Shown in pieces: positions 57,194-64,000 of a stretch of 64,000 nucleotides of DNA. Under the pieces are notes generated by a model that saw only the letters and a program-made list of their open reading frames with translations, searched no databases and was not told where the DNA came from. The position numbers and the translations under genes are program-made. Origin of the DNA: an uncultured Spirochaetota bacterium (GTDB lineage Bacteria > Spirochaetota > Spirochaetia > SZUA-6 > Fen-1364). Position 1 is the stretch's first letter, and the number at the start of each line of letters is the position of its first letter. Location of the stretch: assembly GCA_963820525.1 (NCBI GenBank), contig CAWGAA010000001.1:2880001-2944000 (forward strand), given 5' to 3'.

Positions 57194-60073
57194 ATGCCGG
57201 TGATCAAGGGGAACCTGAAGCTCGAAATCGACGAGTTGGGGCTCGAGGCCCGCGTCACTATCGTTCCCGACCCTGACGGGGCCGAGGTCTCGCCGGAGAC
57301 CGTCTCGAAACTCCTGGCCGAGAGGGGGATCCGTGAAGGCATCGTCAATGAGGAGATCGAGCGGGCCTTTCGGATCCTGGCCAGGAAGCGGGACCCTCTC
57401 ACCTTCTCGGCGGCCGCGGGTTCCCCGCCGGTAGCCGCGGAGCCAGGGCGCGTCGTGCTGGAGCCTAGCTCCCTCCCCGCCGAGCTCGCGGCCGTCGCGG
57501 ATCGGGTATTAGCCGCCGCGCCCCGGCCCCAAGTCTTTCCCCTGTCAGTCGCCGTGAAGGACGCCTCTCCCGAGGCGGGAACGAAGTCCTCCGTCAAAGG
57601 CGCCCAGATAGATCCCACGGTGTCCGAGATCGGATACGTGAAAAAAGGCGACCTTGTCGGAAGGGTGAGACCTGCCACCTTGGGAAAGAACGGCAGGAGC
57701 ATCTACGGCCGCATCGTGCCCTTCATCAGGTCCACGGAGGGGGAGTTCTTCCTCGGCGGCAACCTGCGCGTGGAGCAAAACAACGTCCTGGCCGGGATCT
57801 CCGGCTTCCTGCGGAGGGGCGTCAACTGGTGCGACGTGGTGCCCTACCAGCATCACGAGGTCACCCTCTACGTCGATGGAACCTCCTGTTATCTCTCGTT
57901 CGTGCCGGGAAAGGGTTCGCCCCCACCGAGCGCAAAAAGCGTCATTGAAGAGGCGGAAAGGCTCGGCATGAGAAGGGAAGCGCTCCTGCCCGAGGCTGCC
58001 ATCGACAAGATGCTCCGCGAAGCGGCAGCGGCGAACTCTTCCATTGAAAAGAAAACCATCGTCCCCAGCCAGGATGCCGCCGTTTCGGTGAGCGTAAGCC
58101 CCGACAAGCTGCGCGCGACCCTGATGCTGCGCAAGGGCAAGGGGAGCGGGAAGAAGCTCACCCTCGCCGAGATAGGAGAAGCGATCCGAAAGAGCGGAAT
58201 CAAGGGCTTCAATGGCGAGATCGTGAAGAAGGACATCCTCGGCTTTTACAACGGTCCCCAGATGGAGCTCGCCGACTACACCCTGCTGGTCGGTCAGCCC
58301 CCCGAGAAGGGTGATGACGGCAAGATCGAGTGGATGTGCGCGATGCTCAAGAAGGAGGATGCCGACCGCATCGTGCGATCATCCGGTGAGAACCCCGCCG
58401 GGATGGAGGAAATATCCTCCCTGGCGGAGTTCCCGCTGGAGAGTGTCGAATCCGTAGGACGCGTGGGGGAAGGCACCGAGATTCTGAAGGTGGTCCAACC
58501 GGGTCCCGGCAAACCGGGCGTGGATGTATTTCGAATCGGGATCCCCGGCATCAAGGGCGCAGAGCCTAAGGTGAAGCTCTTCGAGAACCTGCGCAGGAAA
58601 AAGGACGTCATCGTATCAGCCGTTGAAGGCATCGTGGAGAGGGGGACGCGGGACGGCGTTCTCCTGGTTCGCGCCCGCCCCCACAGAGATGCTGCGCTTG
58701 AGGTGGTGATATCGGAAGACCGCATGAAGGGCTTCCTGTCCTCCATGCCGGCCCAGGGAACGGGAAGGAAGCTCGGTCCCGACGAGGTCAAGGCATTGAT
58801 CGAGCAGGCAGGCATCGTTCAGGGCTTGAACAGCGAGGCCCTGCTCGATGTGCTGGACAGCGTCTCGAAGAACCTCGCCGTGGCAAACAAGCTTGTGGCG
58901 CAGGGAAAGCCGGCAAAGGGAACCGAGGAGAGGAAGGTGGTCTTCCACGCCCGCCTGGCGAGCGGCAGGCGCGTGCGGCTGATGGACGACGGCACGGCGG
59001 ACTTCAAGAACCAGGACACGATCACCCAGGTCTCCAGAGGCGAGCTCCTCGCGACTCTTCCACCCCCGGGGCAGGGCGTCGAAGACGGTTGGGACGTCAC
59101 GGGAAAGGTCATTTCCGCGGTAAGCCGCGAGGAGACCCCCGTCCTGGCCGGCCGGAACGTGCGCACCGAGGAACAGCCCGACGGCGGGGCGAAGTATTTT
59201 GCGGACGCGGACGGGGAGCTTTCCTTCGAACGCAACACCCTCGAGGTGAAGGAGCTTCATACGGTGGGAGGGGACGTGGATCTCACCACGGGCAACGTGA
59301 AGTTCAAGGGCAAGGTCCACGTGAAGGGCTCGGTCCTCTCCGGCTTCACGGTCGTTGCCGGCGACGATGCCGTGATCGACGAGGTGGTTCAGGCTTCCTT
59401 CGTCTCCAGCGATGGGGCGATCGCCGTGGGGCAGGGGATCAAGGGGGAAGGCCGCGCCGTGCTCCGCGCGCGAAAGCTCATCCGCGCCTCCTTCGCCGAA
59501 CAGGCGAACCTCCTGTCCATGGGGGACGTCCGGTTGAAGAGCGGCTGTCTGCGCTGCCAGATCAAGTGCAACGGGAAGCTCGTCCTGGAATCCGAAAAGG
59601 GAAACCTGATGGGCGGGAGGGCCAGGGCAAAGCTCGGGGCGAGCATCCAGAATCTCGGCTCTCCCGGCGGCGCGCGCACCGAGCTCTCCTTCGGCCAGGA
59701 TTACATCGTGAAGGACCAGATAGAAAAGGAAGAAAAGGAGCTGGAGATCCTCAAGCACCGCATTCTCGAGCTGGATATGAAGATGAAGAGGCTGGAGCGT
59801 TCCGGCGCGCACCAACGGCATGAGCTGGAGGAGACACGCGCGAAGAAGCTGGGCGGCCTCAAGGAGCTGGAGCAGCGCAGCCTTCGCCTTCTGGGCCTTC
59901 GCGACAGGTTCGAGGAGCACTTCCCCTCCGAGGTTGTGGTGCGTGGAACCATGTACCCCGGCGCCGTGGTGGAGAGCCACGGCCGGCTCTTCAAGGTGAA
60001 GGTTGAAAAGGCGAGGATCTCGCTGTCCTTCGATGCGACCTTCGGCCGCATCATAGAGAAACCGGCCAAGTAG
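57194..60073 (+). CDS. FapA/DUF342 family protein
   Basis: Repeated N-terminal modules; G.DVTGK, GDVDLTTGNV.F.G.V.V.G.V beta-helix; C-terminal coiled coil and YPG. Confidence 0.85.
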   Translation: MPVIKGNLKLEIDELGLEARVTIVPDPDGAEVSPETVSKLLAERGIREGIVNEEIERAFRILARKRDPLTFSAAAGSPPVAAEPGRVVLEPSSLPAELAAVADRVLAAAPRPQVFPLSVAVKDASPEAGTKSSVKGAQIDPTVSEIGYVKKGDLVGRVRPATLGKNGRSIYGRIVPFIRSTEGEFFLGGNLRVEQNNVLAGISGFLRRGVNWCDVVPYQHHEVTLYVDGTSCYLSFVPGKGSPPPSAKSVIEEAERLGMRREALLPEAAIDKMLREAAAANSSIEKKTIVPSQDAAVSVSVSPDKLRATLMLRKGKGSGKKLTLAEIGEAIRKSGIKGFNGEIVKKDILGFYNGPQMELADYTLLVGQPPEKGDDGKIEWMCAMLKKEDADRIVRSSGENPAGMEEISSLAEFPLESVESVGRVGEGTEILKVVQPGPGKPGVDVFRIGIPGIKGAEPKVKLFENLRRKKDVIVSAVEGIVERGTRDGVLLVRARPHRDAALEVVISEDRMKGFLSSMPAQGTGRKLGPDEVKALIEQAGIVQGLNSEALLDVLDSVSKNLAVANKLVAQGKPAKGTEERKVVFHARLASGRRVRLMDDGTADFKNQDTITQVSRGELLATLPPPGQGVEDGWDVTGKVISAVSREETPVLAGRNVRTEEQPDGGAKYFADADGELSFERNTLEVKELHTVGGDVDLTTGNVKFKGKVHVKGSVLSGFTVVAGDDAVIDEVVQASFVSSDGAIAVGQGIKGEGRAVLRARKLIRASFAEQANLLSMGDVRLKSGCLRCQIKCNGKLVLESEKGNLMGGRARAKLGASIQNLGSPGGARTELSFGQDYIVKDQIEKEEKELEILKHRILELDMKMKRLERSGAHQRHELEETRAKKLGGLKELEQRSLRLLGLRDRFEEHFPSEVVVRGTMYPGAVVESHGRLFKVKVEKARISLSFDATFGRIIEKPAK

Positions 60074-60082
60074 GAGGCCCGC

Positions 60083-61114
60083 ATGCTCGGTTACATACCC
60101 TATCCCTCGTGGATCCATCCCGAGATCATCCCCGGTCTTGCCATCCCGCGGTGGTACGGGCTGATGTATCTCCTGGCGTTCCTGGTGGCGTACCTGCTGT
60201 TCATGCGCCAGCTCAAGGAAAAGGAGGAGAAGCCCAACAGGGACCTCGTCCTCGACATGTTCTTCTGGGGGGTCGTGGGGCTCCTGGTGGGCGCGCGTGC
60301 AGCGTTCGTCCTTATCTACGACACCTCGGGCCAGTTCCTCACCCATCCCTGGCAGATCTTTCTCCCCTTCACCTTCGCCAAAGGGAAGCTCGTATTCACC
60401 GGGCTTCAAGGCATGTCCTACCATGGAGGGCTCGTCGGGGTCATCGTTGCGCTGGTCATTTTCATGAAGGTGAGGAAGATCGATGCCCTGGAGTGGTCCG
60501 ACATGCTGGTGGCGGGAATCCCGCTGGGATACACCTTCGGAAGGCTGGGAAACTTCTTGAACGGCGAGCTCTACGGACGCATCACCCGCGCGGCCTGGGG
60601 AATGGTTTTTCCCGTGTCGAATCCCGACCAGCAGCTGTTCCCCGTCTCACTGGCGTGGGTGAGGGATTTTGCCTCTTCCATTGGGCTCCCCCTTCCCGCA
60701 TCGGGCACCGTGAATCTTCCCCGCTATCCATCCCAGCTCTACGAAGCCTTCTTCGAGGGGCTCGTCCTGTGGCTCATCCTCTGGTTCATCGTGAGAAAAA
60801 GAAAACCGTTCAAGGGGTTCGTCGTTGCCTGCTACATCCTGGGCTATGGGGTGTTTCGCTTCTTCATCGAGTACACGCGGGAGCCCGACTTCGGAATCGG
60901 TTACCCCATAACGCTCGTTCACCTCGACAATCCCCTATCCCAGTTCTCTGCCTTCAATTTCACGACGGGGCAGATCCTCTGTTTCATCATGATCGCGGCC
61001 GCCGTCGTCTGCTTCTTCGTTTTTCGTTCCCGGGCGGCCGCCCAGGCACCGCAGGCCGGAGAGCCTCACCCCAGCGGCCGAAAGCTCAGGAAGAAGCTGC
61101 GGAAGGGGATGTGA
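60083..61114 (+). CDS. lgt: Prolipoprotein diacylglyceryl transferase
   Basis: RWYGLMY, GAR, GMSYHGG, GRLGNF.NGELYGR, YPSQLYE, RFFIEY.REPD. Confidence 0.96.
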   Translation: MLGYIPYPSWIHPEIIPGLAIPRWYGLMYLLAFLVAYLLFMRQLKEKEEKPNRDLVLDMFFWGVVGLLVGARAAFVLIYDTSGQFLTHPWQIFLPFTFAKGKLVFTGLQGMSYHGGLVGVIVALVIFMKVRKIDALEWSDMLVAGIPLGYTFGRLGNFLNGELYGRITRAAWGMVFPVSNPDQQLFPVSLAWVRDFASSIGLPLPASGTVNLPRYPSQLYEAFFEGLVLWLILWFIVRKRKPFKGFVVACYILGYGVFRFFIEYTREPDFGIGYPITLVHLDNPLSQFSAFNFTTGQILCFIMIAAAVVCFFVFRSRAAAQAPQAGEPHPSGRKLRKKLRKGM

Positions 61115-61139
61115 GCGGAACCGCGCGCGTTCTTGGTGA

Positions 61140-62405
<1,266 letters not shown>

Positions 62406-62434
62406 AGCGGGTAAAGGGCAAAGGGGGAGTTTCC

Positions 62435-63400
62435 GTGGCAAAGGCAGATCTGATCGGGGGAACGCTCTGGGAGCACTATTCGAACAAGGTCAATGACCGC
62501 ATGCTCCACCCCCGGCACCTGGGGGAGATCACCGCTTCGGAGGCGAAGCGCCGGGGGGCGAAGCTCGTCACGGCGGATTGGGGAGCCGAGGTGTGCGGTG
62601 ACGCCATCCGGGCCTTCTGGGCCGTGGATCCGAAGACCAATACAATCGTCGATGCGAAGTTCAAGACATTCGGCTGCGGTACGGCAATCGCTTCAAGCGA
62701 CATGATGTGCGAGATGATCATCGGAAAGACGGTGGACGAAGCGCTCAAGATAACGAACATCGACGTGGAAAGGTCGCTGCGCGACGAGGCGGCCACGGCG
62801 GCAATCCCGCCGCAGAAGATGCACTGCAGCGTCATGGCATACGACGTGATCAGGAAAGCCGCCTCGCTCTACAAGGGCGTGGACATGGAGAGCCTCGAGG
62901 AGGAGGACATCGTCTGCCAGTGCGCCCGGGTGAGCCTGCGCACAATCAAGGATGTCATCCGCATCAACGATCTGAAGACAGTCGAGGAGATCGCCAACTA
63001 CACCAAGGCGGGAGCCTTCTGCAAATCCTGCGTTCGCCCCGGAGGACACGAGGAGCGCAAGTACCACCTCGTGGACATCCTGCGCGACGTTCGCGCGGAG
63101 ATGGAGCGCGCGCGCCTGCGCGCCGGTCTCGAGCCGAAGAGCTTCGCGGCCATGAGCCTCATCCAGCGGCACAAGGCGGTCGAGAAGGTGCTGGATGAAA
63201 AGGTGAGACCGAGCCTGCTTCACGACGGCGGGAATATCGAAGTCGTGGACATGAAAGAAGCCGAGGGCGTCACCCAGGTCTTTATTCATTACCTGGGGGC
63301 ATGCAAGGGGTGCCCGAGCGCGACGATCGGGACGCTCGACTTCATCTCGGAGTTTCTCAAGAAAGAGCTGGACGAATCCATCCAGGTTCTGTCCGTTTAG
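62435..63400 (+). CDS. nifU: Three-domain Fe-S scaffold NifU
   Basis: CGD..FGCG..KMHCS; CQC..KAGAFCKSC; DGG..GACKGCP. Confidence 0.93.
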   Translation: MAKADLIGGTLWEHYSNKVNDRMLHPRHLGEITASEAKRRGAKLVTADWGAEVCGDAIRAFWAVDPKTNTIVDAKFKTFGCGTAIASSDMMCEMIIGKTVDEALKITNIDVERSLRDEAATAAIPPQKMHCSVMAYDVIRKAASLYKGVDMESLEEEDIVCQCARVSLRTIKDVIRINDLKTVEEIANYTKAGAFCKSCVRPGGHEERKYHLVDILRDVRAEMERARLRAGLEPKSFAAMSLIQRHKAVEKVLDEKVRPSLLHDGGNIEVVDMKEAEGVTQVFIHYLGACKGCPSATIGTLDFISEFLKKELDESIQVLSV

Positions 63401-63521
63401 CGCTCTCCCCGGCCGACCAACCGGATCCGTCCCGCAATCTTGCGCGCCCGCTCCTTGACAGATCCGCTGGATCACGCATTGTAGTGATAGTAAAAGAGTT
63501 CCGTCCGGATGAGGGTTTTGG

Positions 63522-64000
63522 GTGTTCTATGTTCTATTGGCGCTGTACCTGATCGCCTTCTCTCTGGGGATCGGTCTTCTCATTCTTGCGCTGCTCACCT
63601 ACGAGAAGCTCAGAAACAAGTCCTTCCGCGATGCGGGCGCCGTGCTCATCGCTTCAACCCTTCTTCTGCTCGTGGATGCGGCGCGAACCTACGGCAGGGA
63701 CGCCGCCGGAGCGCTGGATCCGCCGCTTCTTGTCTTCTGCCTGATCTTTTCGATTCTCGGAAACGCCTTGATGGCGTTCGCCGTTCCCCGTCTCGCGTTC
63801 CGTCTCGTCGATCTTCCCGTGTCTCCAGGCATATGGGCTCTGCATCTGGCGCTGGTCGTGATCGCGGCGGGGGTCGGGTTATTGAAAGAGCGATTGGGCG
63901 GGGCGCTCTTCGGGACTGTGAGCTCAGCCTTCATCGCCGCTTTGTACGGCTATGCGGGGGCGGTGGTCATAGCCAGATTCGACCGTGTAGCGGATCCCGC
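63522..64000 (+). CDS. Multi-TM membrane protein, N-terminal part (runs off the window)
   Basis: Open hydrophobic frame from GTG 63522 (VFYVLLALYLIAFSLGIG...) with GAGGG upstream. Confidence 0.55.
   Translation, partial: MFYVLLALYLIAFSLGIGLLILALLTYEKLRNKSFRDAGAVLIASTLLLLVDAARTYGRDAAGALDPPLLVFCLIFSILGNALMAFAVPRLAFRLVDLPVSPGIWALHLALVVIAAGVGLLKERLGGALFGTVSSAFIAALYGYAGAVVIARFDRVADP

Overview
High-GC chromosomal segment, most likely from an anaerobic, uncultured Spirochaetia-type bacterium. That assignment is inferred from the STAS+Zn-ribbon gene, long FapA, Asp-type MurA, LacI-type sensor fusion and class II SOR. It holds about 60 mostly housekeeping or envelope genes, including hisC, metK, murA, hppA, lgt, ctpA, rsmE, trmJ, nifSU, a dpp/opp ABC operon and three tandem M42 peptidases. 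It also has a cobalamin riboswitch controlling a BtuB-like receptor plus TonB, one complete IS1182-family element, and several decayed or frameshifted genes. No CRISPR, rRNA, tRNA, prophage or defence island was seen. Most noteworthy: (i) an envelope-stress operon, STAS-Zn ribbon / CesT-like / PspA / pseudo-receiver wHTH, near two atypical sigma54 activators; (ii) an IS inserted exactly in a CTAG that serves as the stop codon of two convergent genes, so neither is damaged; (iii) a pair of unannotated membrane proteins with LptF/LptG-like architecture; (iv) pervasive leaderless-type promoters. All product calls come from motif recognition by eye, not from database searches.
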